Made by a program: the position numbers and the translations under genes. The notes under the pieces were generated by a model. It was not told the origin of the DNA, did not search any database, and was given only the letters and a program-made list of their open reading frames with translations. A stretch of 64,000 bases of DNA from NCBI RefSeq assembly GCF_006345805.1, contig NC_043010.1:56234001-56298000 (forward strand), in the 5' to 3' direction. Below, in pieces: positions 13,430 to 27,293 of this stretch (position 1 is the first letter of the stretch; each line of letters begins with the position of its first letter). This DNA comes from Octopus sinensis. Lineage: Eukaryota.

Positions 13430-14560
13430 ACACCTTCCATTATGGGTTACATTACTACCTCTTGCTATTGTAGACCCCCAAGACAAAAACTGGATTTTCA
13501 TTTTTTTTTAAATAACAGTAGATTCCTGGCCAAAATAAACAGAAGCAGAGACAGACTGTCACCTTGGAATATTCCCTTTCAAATAATTATATCTTTGGAG
13601 GCAGTCGTTATGCTTTCACTTACAAATATGGACATTGATGCCGAGGTGAGATTTTTCAATGGCAATAACAAAATCAGGAGATTCTTTATTAAGTACAGTC
13701 AGTAGGTACTTTATCAAATACAGCTACACCAGCAACCATGAGCTTGGACTAGAATACCTTTCTGTAATCATATCATAAAGTCACAAGATTTCTGCAGAGT
13801 TTTCTTACTCCCAGCAGCTTTATTTACCAAATGTTGTTCGATAAATCTCCACAATGTCTTCTCCTACCTGTTATCAGCCACCAGATTCTTAAGATAGTCT
13901 TGGAGGAATTGGTAGATATTTTTCTGTAAAATATTTACAAAATGTTTTGGCAAGCAATGAGTGAATATCTTGTAACCAAGTTGATGTTTTCACTCTTAAC
14001 TACAAAACTTGTCCATGCTACAGCAGGCCAATATGGTTAGCCAGTTAGGTTTTCCGTAGCTTTTCCAGCTCTGTTTAAATCAGTAACCTTCTGTAGAGCA
14101 TCAACATTTTGAATTAATCGGTATCTTCTTGTTGCATTCCCATAGTGCAAGTTTTCCACAGCTTTCATGAGAATATTAGAGTCAATTATAGCTGTTTTAT
14201 TGGTGATATTGTTACAGTAGCCTTTCTTGATGGCGTCTAGTTATGATGGACTTGCCTTATTTCCAAATCTTATAGCCAAATTAAGATATTCCTGAAAAGT
14301 GCTTGCTTTATGAAGAGGAGGCTTTCATTCACCCTTAACTACCCACCCTGTACACAGTTTGTGGATTAAAAGCAAGCTTGTGGTTAATCCTGGCTCCCAA
14401 GAACTTTTTTTTCCTTGTCAGGAAAAATACTACAACAAACCAGTATTTGATTTGTAGTGGTTTATTTTCTCCCTGACATTTTTGAAATCTCTAAATTGTT
14501 ATTAACTTTTCTTTTCTGTGTAATTGGTGAATTGTGAAGCATAAAACTCCCCTTTACACT
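13430..14560 (-). mobile_element. Degenerate R4/Dong(R2-group)-like LINE RT fragment
   Basis: Minus-strand translation gives KGIFQGDSLSLLLFILA (~13530-13580) and further decayed RT-like segments upstream. Confidence 0.55.
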
Positions 14561-14618
14561 ATTTGATGGTGCTTAAAGGTCCGGCTGTGCAGCGTAGATA
14601 GTAGAACATTGCCATCAC

Positions 14619-14666
<48 letters not shown>

Positions 14667-14867
14667 CGCCAGTTGATATTGCCTCATCACAATTCATGAG
14701 GTTTTATTAAAAATAAACCAGAATATTCACAACAGAGAAACCCCGCGAGAAGGTATATAGTCACACACACACACACACACCACACACACACACACACAAC
14801 ACACACCACACACACATTTTGTGTGTGTACGAATGTTTTACAAGATTTCGTCAGTTCTCATACTGTA

Positions 14868-14927
<60 letters not shown>

Positions 14928-15079
14928 TTTGTATATAATCTCAAATAAATACACTATTGATGTCGTGACCTTCAACTTTGAGTGCAACAGGATCGAAAGA
15001 ATTCATCAAGACGTCACCGGCAATCGGCAATATCAGCAGCAACAAGGAATAAATACGGAATTATGAAGATTTGGGAAAC

Positions 15080-15135
<56 letters not shown>

Positions 15136-15306
15136 AAATTGTATTTGTGATATACATATATATTCACACATAATATACATAAACAAATACATATATATGT
15201 GTAGAATCGTGTATGTGTCATACTTACATCAGCAGTTATATTTATAAGCTTTTCTTTCTTTATCGCCTTCTTTCTCTCTTTCTTTCCCCCCTTCTCTTTC
15301 TCTCTT

Positions 15307-15342
<36 letters not shown>

Positions 15343-15607
15343 GTATGTATGCATGAATGTATGTATGTTTACCGGTGTGTATAAGTATCTCAAATCCTAC
15401 ACACCAATAAATGTGATACATTTAATATGTCGTTTCAGACCGTTTGTTTTGTTTTTTTTTTACTTTACTCGCGTATTTTGTTGTTTTTTTCTTTTTAACA
15501 TTCAATCATCATTTCTGCCCAACCCCACCGCCACCGCCTGTAAGTTGTCGGGGGGTCGAGGGGCAGCTGTACCACATGGCATTATACGTCTTACCTACTT
15601 CCCTCAG

Positions 15608-15762
15608 ATATGGATTTCCAGGATTCACTTTGCAACCGTTAGGTTTCGGGTTCAGTTCCGCTGTGCAGCAGCACAATGGGCAATTGGTAATTTCCTACAG
15701 CTTCGGCTCCACCAATGCCATTTCAGCGAATTTCGAAGACGGAACTACAAGGGACATCATCC
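15608..15762 (+). CDS. Candidate internal coding exon of an unidentified host gene (YGFPGFTLQPLGFGFSSAVQQHNGQLVISYSFGSTNAISANFEDGTTRDII)
   Basis: Acceptor cttacctacttccctcAG, donor cc/GTATGT; non-repetitive, higher-GC, open frame (phase 2 to phase 1). A second frame is also open. Confidence 0.55.
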
Positions 15763-16267
15763 GTATGTAACTGTGTATACGCGCGTGCGCTGTGATGTTT
15801 TTGTTTCTTCCACCGCTTAACAATCAGTGTTGGTCTCTTTACGTTCCGTAACTTAGCAGTCCGGATAACAGAAACCGATAGAATAGGTACGAGACTTAAA
15901 TGTCTGTATTGGAGTTGTTGACTTGTTTGTCTACACGCTTCAAGGCGGTGCCCTACTCCAATCTAATATGCGAAAACTAATTTGTGTGTCAGTGTGTCAC
16001 ACATAGATCCCCGCTCTCACCATTTAATGACACTCCTGCTATCCTTCATGATGTGGTGAGAGTAATAGTAGAGACGGTGAGGGCGGTGGCTAAGACAGAT
16101 AGAGGGGGAGCGAGGGAGGGAGAAAAAGAGAGACAAAGAAATTTAGGGAGAGTTAATGATGTTTTATTAAAAGTAGTAGTGTTGATGGTGGCAGTGGGAG
16201 TAATTATAAAAGAGAGGGTATGTGAGAGAAAGAGGGAGATAATGCACAATAATTTTAAGGGGAGGGA

Positions 16268-16568
16268 TTAAGTCGTAGTACGTAACTGGTACTAATTTTA
16301 TCGACCCCGAAAGGAAGAGTCGGCCTCGGCGGAATTCGAACTTAGAACCTAAAGGTTGACGAAATACCTATTTCATTACTACCCACAAGGGGCTAAACAC
16401 AGAAGGGACAAACAAGGACAGACAAACGGATTAAGTCGATTACATCGACCCCAGTGTGTAACTAGTACTTAATTTATCGACCCCGAAAGGATGAAAGGCA
16501 AAGTTGACCTCGGCGGAATTTGAACTCAGAACGTAACGGCAGACGAAATACCTATTTCTTTACTACCC
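16268..16568 (-). repeat. Head-to-tail tandem of 5'-truncated SINE-A units (~184-bp period)
   Basis: The junction gacgaaatacc|tatttc.ttactaccc occurs at 16358 and 16542; body segments repeat. Confidence 0.75.
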
Positions 16569-17655
16569 TCTCTTATAAAAGGCAGATTTTATCTGTCTCC
16601 CTTTGTATCTTATAGAAATCTACAATATAGGATTTCTTCAATTACAATTTACCTAGCATTTTTAAGAGTAGAATGCATCGGGTCGTGCCAGGTCCAGTTT
16701 TTAAAATTTCAACCCCAATTAAGCAAAATTTAGAGAAAACTCACATTGTGGTGTATATGTCAAATGCTTTTCTTAGTGTGGGCTACAGCACACGCAAACG
16801 CGCACACACACAAACGGAGCGAACTGTTTCACTGACGCTATCACTCTAATTTCTCCTTTCTCTTTGCAAGTTTGCAACGATTAAAGTGAAAACAGTGAAT
16901 CCGACAGCGATTAAGAAAATGAATTGGCACCTGAATGGAGTGAAAATTTAAAAACTGTTTCTTTCGGTGATTTTTCTGAAGAAACTGCACCAAGCCACAG
17001 ACTTTCCCAGAAGAGTAAAGCCTTAAACTAGTTCTTTTTACTTTTTCGAATAAGCCTATTTGAAATCATTACGGCGGAAACGAACTGTTACGCTAAAATG
17101 TAAACAAAACGAAAGAAAGGATAGTTTGTTATTTCCCACAACCTTAAATGAAATTAAGGCCTATTTTGCCATAAATATTATTATGGGTATCAGAAAGTTA
17201 CCCAAAATAACAAATTCTATCGTAAAATTTTGTTGTATACCCAACTGAATATTAGCTAATAACCCATTTTCTATAGCGATGTTTGAACAAAATTTTAATA
17301 ATTTTATATATTGTTGAATTTACCTGTATCTACCTGCAATTAGAGTCACTTTGTGACAAAAATTATAGTATAGAATTGGTTGAGAACATTTCATTAAATT
17401 ATCTTCCAAAAATCACATTAATATATTGATAAATAAAAAAGTTATTGTTGTTTAATGAAACCAGACTAAATTTATGATTACGTTAGAAAATAATTGAAAC
17501 ACATAAGGGGTGTATTTTGGTCAGAAATATAGTAACGAAAGGGTTAAGAAAAACCAAAAAATATTTTATTCTTTATAAATGTTGTGTTCAAAATAACATT
17601 TTCTTTTAAGAATGTGTATATAACAAAGTATGTGTATATAACTACATGACTTATA
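16569..17655 (+). mobile_element. Helitron-like 5' segment containing a piggyBac remnant
   Basis: Starts TCTCTTATAAAAGGCAG...tctgtctcc, resembling the neighbouring Helitron 5' end; has no CTAG end of its own before the next Helitron. Confidence 0.4.
17025..17547 (+). mobile_element. piggyBac fragment: N-terminal transposase piece and right terminus
   Basis: LFEIITAETNCYA...PTTLNEIKAYFAINIIMGIRKLP (piggyBac DDE N-terminal motif); terminus ...aaaGGG-TTAA at 17541-17547. Confidence 0.7.
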
Positions 17656-18053
17656 TCTTTATATATAAAACTGAAGTTGTGTGTCTGTCTCCTACGATTT
17701 AGATTCGTAACTACTCCCACATTTTGCGGTGCAGTGTAACCAAAACCGGGTATCTTATAGTCGTGAGTCATATCGAGCCTTTCTGGGTATTCGCGCGCGT
17801 CTACGATGAGTCTACGATTTTAAAAAAATTTATCATCATATTTTTCCATTTTAATGCATTTTTTTCGCTATTATATAAGGGAAGTAACTCTCTAAAAATA
17901 TCTACGATGTGTCAACGATTTAAAAAAAAATTTACCTTAATTTTTTTTCCTTTTTTAATGCATTTTTTTCCTATTTTTTGGCTATAACTCTCTAAAAATG
18001 CTTATATAGTTATTTCCCTTACAAATCCGAGCAACGCTGGGCGATACTGCTAG
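17656..18053 (+). mobile_element. Non-autonomous Helitron
   Basis: A|TC 5' start (TCTTTATATATAAAA), subterminal hairpin ccgagc-aac-gctggg (18027-18041), 3' CTAG|T. Confidence 0.75.
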
Positions 18054-18573
18054 TAATATAATAAATGTGGATGTCAGTGTGTCACACTTTTTCAACTTTA
18101 CTCCTAGAGGCTATAACCGAACATAACATGCCAGTTTGGAATTAGGCTGACTCCTTGAGTAAATTAAAAAGATTCCAGGCCAAATCCGGACCCACAATCC
18201 TGAAATTTTGGATTCCCAAGTCTTCATTACTGTGATTGTTTTCGGTTATATTTTTACGTGACTCTTTGTGACAAAATTTTTTTTTGTATGATAATAAATG
18301 TTATAATCTAAAGGCTAATTCTGTGAGTAAATTAAAAACATTCCAGACCGAATCCAGACTTGCAATCCGGAAATTTTGGATTCCCAAGTCTTCATTACTG
18401 CAATTGTTTTGGCGATTTTTTTTTACATGATTTTTTGCGATGAATATTATCATGATTGGGATATGACCGGAGGAAAGTCAGAGACCTGTTTGCAGATTTT
18501 CCCATTCAGGGTCAGTTGCTTAAAAGCTATAAACCAGCTTCAGAGAGGCCCGATAGGGCGACTTTTAAGCTAG
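18054..18573 (+). mobile_element. Second non-autonomous Helitron with internal ~169-bp tandem duplication
   Basis: taatataataaatg start; duplicated tgagtaaattaaaaa...ggattcccaagtcttcattactg (~18156 and ~18324); hairpin gccc-gata-gggc (18548-18559), then CTAG|T. Confidence 0.65.
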
Positions 18574-18628
18574 TGACAAATAAGTAAAAGATAAAAGGAA
18601 ATATATACTCGCAAACATGCATGTATAT

Positions 18629-18671
<43 letters not shown>

Positions 18672-19127
18672 TATATATAATCTACACAGAAAGAACAAGT
18701 AAGTTATTTGTAACAGAGTGTCTCGACGCTTCGGATGTGAAAGCATTCACCGTAAGAAAAGAGGGGAACAGAGAGACATTGCGAAAGGACAATAGTGAAT
18801 TCGATAAACGAAAATAGTGAGAAATTATACAGGATGAAGGGAAAGGGTTAAAAACACAGGAGGGAAATACTGTTGTGTGGGAGAAAGTTAAGACGGGAAG
18901 AAGGGGTGGTTGTGTAGATGCATATCTACGAAGGTATCTGTGTCTAGAAGGGGTCATAAGAGAGGGGCGTGAGTGTGTGTGTGTGTAGATATGGAAGTAT
19001 GCGGGCCTTGGTTGGTGGGTGTGTTCGTGTGAAAGAGTGTGTGTGCGAGAGTTTAGCAATAAAGATATCGCTGAAGCAGACGCGATGCCAAGAGCAAAAT
19101 GAAAAGTGCTATGGACGTGTTTGTGTG

Positions 19128-19215
<88 letters not shown>

Positions 19216-19559
19216 TATAAAATAAAAAGTATGCAGAGGTGGAAAAGTTATTTTTCGGGGATGCAGCTACGAAACAAACTGATTTTAAGTTAATATCCGA
19301 AAATGCGAGAAAATTACTTGAATTCTATAATGAGGGGTCAGAGAAATTTGTAAAAGGCTTAAAGGCTCGTGAACGGTATCCAGGGAAATGGACATCGTTC
19401 ACGTCTAAGAAGAAAATAATTGTGATGAAGAGGGTGAAAAACCGGAAGTGTTTACATATGTAGAGTTAAGAAGGAAAATGGCGGACGAAAGTAAAAGAGA
19501 AACTTAAATTGCAAAGAAGATTGGACTAAAGGGGAAGGAAACAGCAAAAGAAATGGCGT

Positions 19560-20350
19560 GTGGGTTGTGTTTGTTAGGTAAAGTATAACGGTTAAGTAGA
19601 AGTGGGATTATATTAAAGCCCCGTTCGTTCTTCTGTAGTGTCTGCTTTTTTGCCATAACTGGTCCCTCCTCATCTAGCGTCTGTTTATCGTTCCTTCTTT
19701 CAATAGCTACAAATTTATCAAGTATGGGTTGACTCATGTCATGACTGATTGCGGTAAACCTGGCTGAAAGGCGTACATTGGGCCTTTCAGGTTTGTATGG
19801 GCAATCAAACAAAGATCTCTGGACATTCAGAAACCTACATGTTGTTGGTCCCAGGCCATTCTATCTTTAGTTTTACTGGTGGTAGGATGTGAGAAGTAAA
19901 TATAAGAAGTAAAGCGGATCTAAACACTGAAGTTCGGATACGCTGTAACTCCTTTCAATCAACTTCCCAGCCGATACCAACTCCTGTATGGCACTAAGCT
20001 ATGGATCTTGGGCCCTATTGTTATAAGTGGTCATCAAATGCGACGCTGTTGGATGATGTCTGATCCATTCGTGACACGACAACATAACGACATTTCTTTT
20101 CATGAGAAACTTCCATACTTCTCCTGCTGTATTTTCGGACCGTCATCTTATCTTTCCAAACTGTCCACCGATCGTTTCCTGGTAGCCATGTTGTTCAATG
20201 TTTTAGATACTTACTGTATTGTGGAACACTTCACGAGATGCCAACTGAGGAACACAACAATTTGAACCCCTTGCATCGTTGCAAGGGCCGAGTAGAAGTG
20301 ATGCTTGCAGGGAATTCAAGAAGTCAGCGCCATTAGAAGCCAGGGAAATA
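19560..20350 (-). mobile_element. Highly decayed Penelope-like ORF (RT C-terminus to GIY-YIG end)
   Basis: Minus strand: TTYNNR-like segment (cf. PFVTTY), then SHDMS..KFVAIE..TLDEE..KKQTL..RGFN, resembling the PLE GIY-YIG C-terminus (..E..WI..L.TL.P.GLN). Confidence 0.45.
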
Positions 20351-20421
20351 AATTCCGTTAAAACTTATTTATTCTATTTGACTTTAAAAAAGGGGGGGCT
20401 GTGTCAGTGTGAGTGAGTGTG

Positions 20422-20432
20422 CATACATACAT

Positions 20433-20469
<37 letters not shown>

Positions 20470-20732
20470 TACATACATACATACATACAAACATACATAC
20501 ATACATACATACATACATACATACATACATACATACACACACACACACGCACACGCGCACACATACATACATACATACATACATACATACATACATACAT
20601 ACATACATACATACACACATACATACTTGCACAGAAAAAGAGAGGGAGAGAATTTGTAAGTGACTAAAGTCGACATACATACGTATGTGTATGCATACAT
20701 GTGTGTAGATGTGCATATGTGTGTATATGTTT

Positions 20733-20775
<43 letters not shown>

Positions 20776-20822
20776 CATACATACATACATACAAACATAC
20801 ATACATGTATACGCACACACAA

Positions 20823-20856
<34 letters not shown>

Positions 20857-21182
20857 GTATAGATGTGCGTGTGTGTACAGTCGATATGTACACGCACACA
20901 TGTCGACTTCAGTTACTTTCAAATTTGTTTCAGTCGTCAGAATTTTTTTCATTAATCCCCCCCCCACTCACACATCCACCCATCGTCCTTAGATGTCTCG
21001 TTGAGACCTTGTTAGAACAAACGTGGGTGTATATTGACGTACATGCATGTGTGTAGATTGTATATACACCAATGTTTAGTGCCTTTGTTTATATATGTGC
21101 ATTGGTGTATATATTGAGCGTGTGGATTTGTGTGTGTATGCATGTGTGTATGTATGTGTATGTACGTGTGTGTGTATGTGTA

Positions 21183-21278
<96 letters not shown>

Positions 21279-21777
21279 AGTAGGTTGTTGTATTTAATGA
21301 TTCACCGATGTTGCCAAGTTTCGATGCCAAGACTTATTTTGTCACAGACGACTGAACAAATCTGCCAAACATGGGGATCGGGTTTCAAACCTCTCCCACA
21401 ACCACCTTTCTTTCTTCCCTTTTCGCCCTTACCACCACTTGATACCCCGATCTTTAGACAATAGATCGCCCACTCTCACCCTCACTAGTAAAGTAGACCT
21501 TACCAGTTGTGTGAACAAGTGGTATCTCCCGATTCAATAGGACCATCGACATTGAATCATTATTATTAAATAGATTTACTCAGCTCGGCCTCAATTCCTC
21601 AGACGAACGGGTAACCCTAGGATCCTTCACCCACAATTAATCCGTTGATAGATAGATAGATAGACAGATAGACAGATAGATAGATTGATTGATTGCTTAC
21701 TTGCTTGATAGATTGACTGATCGATCGATCGATCGACAGACAGACAGACAGACAGATAGACAGACAGACAGACAGAC

Positions 21778-21810
<33 letters not shown>

Positions 21811-21918
21811 TGCAGGCAAGCAGGTAGGTAAGTAGGTAGGTAGGAAGGTAGGTAGGTAGGTAGGTAGGTAGGTAGGTAGGTAGGTAGGTAGGTAGGTAGG
21901 TAGGTAGGGAGGTAGGTA
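20422..21918. repeat. Microsatellite cluster: (ATAC)n, (TA)n, (TG)n, (GATA)/(GACA)/(TAGG)n
   Basis: Direct reading; source of the many YIHT/CVCV/YLPT pseudo-ORFs. Confidence 0.9.
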
Positions 21919-22021
21919 TAAAGGGACGCAGACCACGCTGAATAAGACACGGAAAGCATTACGGCAGTAGCGTAACAGTTTTGTAAAAAAAATGTGTTAT
22001 GAAAAACAACAAGACGACAAA

Positions 22022-22160
22022 CTGGCAGAATCGTTAAGAACGTCGGAGATAATGATTTCTGGTATTTGGTTCGGTTCTTTACGTCTGAGTTCAAATCCCT
22101 TTGCTTTTCAACCCTCTGGGATCGATAAAATAAAGAACCAGTCAAACACTGGAGCCGATA
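22022..22160 (+). mobile_element. SINE family A, 5' part
   Basis: ctggcagaatcgttaa...ctgagttcaaatcc...gatcgataaaataaag. Confidence 0.65.
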
Positions 22161-23543
22161 GCACTTCCTACAGCTATTGAAGTAAAGCTTTCACTTGTCC
22201 AACACTTAGCACTTTCCTTCGGCAACCATTGCATGTCTAACCAGGGCTGTGATATTTCACCTCTCTTCGATATTAAAGGAAGACTTATGAAAGTTAAATC
22301 TGATCTTAAAAGGACATTCTGTAGCATCCATCTACTTCCGCATGGTCGTCTGCCCGCTGGTGAGGGTCCCTCCGACATCAAAAACAGAACGTGCAGCTGG
22401 TCTGAGAATCGAAACCTCGATCGTGAGATCGTGAGTGCAGCACCCTAACCACTGGGCAACACGCCTTTAGTCTTGTGGTTTGGGCAAGGAAATGCAAAAG
22501 TACGTCAGCGAAAGTTTGCCACATTCTGCAATTATTCTGAATAAAAACAATTAATTGAAGGAAAAATGAATTATTTGGTAAATTTTGTGATAATTAAAAA
22601 CGGTAAAAAAATTTACGATTTTGTTTGCACACTGAGTGTAAAGGGAAAGTGGCGGTACTTATGTAAAATTAATTAATCTCTTCTAATAATCTCTACAATA
22701 ATTAATATATCTCGAAGACTCTATTCAAAGTTTGGGTACATACTAATCTTCCCTCTAGCTCCAGTTTTTAAACTTCTTTCGTTGATTAGTTATAATTGTT
22801 TTAATTGAAAATTTACGACAATTAATTTTTGCTTTATTTGAGGTATGTCGAGATATAATCAAGGACCCTAATTCTCTAAGAACTCCTTCAGTGAAGTTAT
22901 TCTGAGTTCTAATCTCTCACCCACCCACCCACCTCTTATGCTTTATATTCAAATTATTCTTTGAAAGCCATATTTTCTAACCTAATCAATCATTTTTACG
23001 CCTTTACCCCCAACACCTTCGATAACCCTCGTATATTCACTATTTACTGAACTTTGAAATCACACACTCAACGACAGCATTTCGTCCCAAATGGTTTCTA
23101 TTTTTCCACTTACCTGACGTTTCACACAAATCTCCTACCGTAATGTTTTCTTGTAATTAACCAAGAAAGTATTAAAACTTAAGACTGAAATAATTATAAA
23201 TATAATTATCAACCATTAATTACCCAACTGCCCTAATATTCCCCACTTTATTAACTCTTCAGTATAGCTAAACTTTACATATTGCTATATATATCTTTTT
23301 TAATATTTATTTATTATATAAAATATAATATAATGCTTTTATATATTATTTATTAAGCATCATTCTACTTAACTAATTAATTATTGACATACTGTAACAA
23401 TTAATGTATAACATCTTACAAATTAGATGCCGGTCGTTATAATTAATAATTCTAACCCAGTTTACTTCAGACATAAATTTACGTCTCACAAGCACCCTCA
23501 TACCCCTCATACGCTTTCCTTCTAAAGATATAAGACCAACATT

Positions 23544-23575
<32 letters not shown>

Positions 23576-23595
23576 TTATTATTATTTTCATTATC

Positions 23596-23656
<61 letters not shown>

Positions 23657-23685
23657 GCTACTATTATTAACGGACTTAAAACTTA

Positions 23686-24865
23686 CGAGGTTTGTGCCGA
23701 AAGTAATGCAAAAGAGGAGGGGCATAACTTTTTTCCTTAACTGAGATCGTTTAAAATTGCACTCGTGTGTAGAGTGACTCTTGTTCTTGTTCTTCATCGT
23801 CGCAAGCAAATAACAGGATGCAGGTTGAGGCAACATGTTACTGAGTTGTTGATGAAAGAAGGCAGCAGTCTGTCCGACATCCACAAAGGTTACAAATTTC
23901 ACAGGTTATATCAAGAGTAATGTGCATGGAGGAATGAAGAAGTTTAAAGAATGAGAAAGCACAGTGTGAGGCCATTAGATGTGACTGTTGACCCGAATCA
24001 CCAGACAAATCACAATTCGTGTACTTGCTGCACAACGTGACCGTGGTCACAATGTATCACAAAAGACGGTATAGGTAAGTCTGTGCAAAGCAGGTATCTC
24101 TACAAAGTGTGTACACGATTTGAAAGAGAGAATGGCAGAAATCGGATCTGATCTGCTGGAAACATTTGAAGGCAACGAAGAAATTTTTTCGATCGGGTGA
24201 CAGGGGATGAAAAGTGAGCGGTTTTTATGATCCGGAAACGAAGTTTCAGTCTATGGGATGACGTCAAACTTCTTCTCCAAGACCTTTTAAGAAACTCAAG
24301 AGCCAGTGATCAACACAGGAAGTCATCATGGTGACTGTTTTGGGGAATGGCAAGGAGGACATCATTCTCCTTGATTTTCTGAAATGCGGCTGTACCGTAA
24401 ACAGTAAGTAGTAAACTGAAACACAGAAAAAGCTTAGAGAGGAAGAGGCCAAACAAGAATCTGATAGCAACCTCCATTCAGCGAAAAGACACTGCGTGAC
24501 CTCATCCATCTTTGGGAACAAATTAGGCTGATCAATAGTCCTGCATCCAACGTACATTCCGGGTCTGTCACATTCTGGATTCAACTTGTTTGGTCCAATG
24601 AAGCAAAGTCTTAGAGGACAACGATTTGATGATACGGCTGAGGTAAAAATTGACGAAGACGGTTTCATCCAATGATCACCTGAATTTTTTCGAAGAGGAT
24701 TTCAGAACTGGTTTCAATAATGGCGCAAGTATATCGATTCTATCGAAGACCACGTTGAGTAAACGCCTTTAGAGAAAGAGTTATTCTGCCAAAATGTGTA
24801 ATTTGAAAGACTTAGATCAATAAAAAAAGTCATGCCCACCTTTGCATTACTTTCATCACAACTAC
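23686..24865 (+). mobile_element. Near full-length decayed mariner (DD34D-type) transposon
   Basis: TA|cgagg...gaaagtaatgcaaa left end and tttgcattactttc right end (TIR). Transposase motifs VTGDEK, YDPETK.QSM, IILLDFL..G.TVNS, LHPTYIPGLSHSGFNLFGPMKQSLRGQRFDD (decayed HPPYSPDLAPSDF). Confidence 0.85.
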
Positions 24866-25077
24866 CATGAGTGCACACGCGCGTGTGTGTGTGTGTAATC
24901 TACAGCTGTGTAGGTCACAGAATACATATAGAAAAACAAGAGAGTTCGTTTATATATTTACTTACATCATCTTATGCTATTTTCATTAACAATGAATAAA
25001 TGTAAGTTTATAAGGAAAATCTTTCAATCTGATTAAGTCTTCAGAGATTGCATAAATCAGATAAATAATCTTCAGTA

Positions 25078-25565
25078 AAGTAGTACCTCGACTATCGCGG
25101 TTGTTACGTTCCAAAACTTCCCACGATAGGTGAAAATCCGCGAAGTAGAAATAGTACTGTACTGTAAATTTTCTTTTATTTTTATAATTTGTATATATTT
25201 ATTTTATTATAAATGCAATACCACACACCCGCCTCCCGAGTTTCGTTTTCCATGCAGTATGTGCGTTTCTTTGTTTCCTAATTTACGGCACACTACGTAT
25301 CTTCTTTTAATATATTTTAATTAATGTGTTATACAGTGCAGGACTGTACTGTACACTTATTTATTAATTTGTGAAACTTTAGGCGTGGAAATACTTCTTT
25401 TACCAAAGAAATAATTAAAATCTAAAAAAATATAAATACCTATCGGCCGCAGAAACCTGCGATATACTAAGGAGTCCGCGATATAAATTTACATAGATTA
25501 ACCAGAAAAATCCGCAATGTACTGAGGGCGTGATAGGTGAACCGTGATATGGCGAGTGACGAGTG
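25078..25565. mobile_element. pogo/Tigger-like MITE
   Basis: TA flanks; imperfect TIRs (a)agtagtacctcgactatcgcgg / ccgtgatatggcgagtgacgagtg; AT-rich non-coding interior. Confidence 0.6.
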
Positions 25566-26507
25566 TATTCATACTGGGAAGACGACAATGTTGTTGCAGC
25601 TGATACAACACTATTAATGAAATACGCGTAAGATGATGTAACTAAATATTACATAAACTCCTGTTTTGTTTTATGTTTTATGGAGATTTTATTTTTGCTC
25701 ATTTATTTTCATTTACTACATATGTGTATGTGTGTGCTGATGTACATATGTGTGTGTTGATGTATATGCGTGCGTTCATCTGTGTGTGCGCGCGCATGAT
25801 GGTTAATGTGTGTCATAGTTAAACTCTAAACAAGAGATGTCAAATTTAATCCGAAACTTTTACAATTGAAACTAAAATAATCTAAAGTTTGAGGAATTAC
25901 ACAAGGTGTAGTGGTAGCGTTGATGGTGGTGGAGGTGGTTTTGGTTATGGTAGCGGTGGGGTGGTGGGTATGGGGTAGTAGTTGTATGAAGGCGCTGCGA
26001 TTGTGTGATGGTGTTGCGACAGGCGTGCATGGGGAAGCGTTGATCGTCTGGCGGTGGTGGTGGTTGCACTGAAGAGACTGTCTCTGACCCACGATATTAA
26101 TTATGCATGCCATGGTGCATTTGTTCCCTCCTCCTCTTCCGCAACCCCCTAACCCCTTTCACTGCTACCCTGACGATGCCCACACACCATCACAACGCTC
26201 TCCCCTCTCAGATCCCTTCCATAACTCACTTCCACCTCTCAACTACACATGTCAGCTCTTTATCACCTCGTTCTACTTCTACCCTCTACTACAACGTTCA
26301 CTGATCCTAAGGGGTACTTAGTTCCTCACCGAGGCCACCCTAACAAATCAGAGTTTGATTTGAGGGAGATTTAGCTGCTATTTCTTGCAGGTCGAGCAAC
26401 CACATAGAAGCGCACAAAGTGGAGTGTGGAAGGGTTTGGCGTTGTGCAATGTGAAATAGCATTGTATGATGGAATGTGCAAAGATGTCGAGTGATGCGGA
26501 GTGGTGT

Positions 26508-26762
26508 GTTACGCACTGGGATCGATATAATCGATTTAATCCGTTTGTCTGCCCTTGTTTGTATCCTCTGTGTTTCGCCCCTTGTGGGCAATAAAGAAAT
26601 AAGAAACTTTCTTTCCCACCACGTAGGGCTCAGTCCCACTGAGTGGCACCTTCAGTGAGGGTCTTCTACTATATCCCAGGGCTGACGTCAAGAGTGCATT
26701 TGGTACATGGAAGCTGAAAGAAGCCCGTCGCATTATGTGGGGGTGTATGCTTGTGTGTGTGT

Positions 26763-26802
<40 letters not shown>

Positions 26803-27015
26803 GTGTGTGTGCGTGTGCGTGTGTGTGTGTTGTGTTTGTTCCTCACCACCGCTTCACACGGGGTTGGTTTATTTACCTTACTGTTACAGCGATTCGGAAA
26901 GAAAAAAAAAAGAATAGAATAAATACGAGAGTCAAAATCTAGAACTGGGATCGATTTGTTCGACTGAGCCCATCGAGGCAGCGCCCCAGCATGGCCGCAT
27001 CCAGTGATTGAAATA
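26508..27015 (+). mobile_element. SINE-A 3' part (26508-26606) followed by a SINE-B copy with internal (TG)n
   Basis: Homology to 16380-16460 (reverse) and to 9314-9700 (cagtcccact..gtggcacc..., ccccagcatggccgca). Confidence 0.65.
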
Positions 27016-27226
27016 ACCTCACACACACACACACACACAGATGGGGAGGGTGGCCGGTTTATTGTATTCCTCTCCATTCCCTCCTTCCAGTAATGCCAGA
27101 TTCTAGGTAAAAGAGAATTAAGGGTGGTTTAAGTTGACGTGAATATTCAGGGTAGCTTAACAAGTCAATGAACTTTAACGATATTTCATTACACTCAGGT
27201 ATATTATTATCAGGTTAATCCACAAC

Positions 27227-27293
<67 letters not shown>

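Noticed and set aside
18715-18765. Minus-strand ..catccGAAGCGTCgaga, a possible decayed hammerhead downstream of the PLE remnant
   Set aside because: Both core boxes are too degenerate to support a call.
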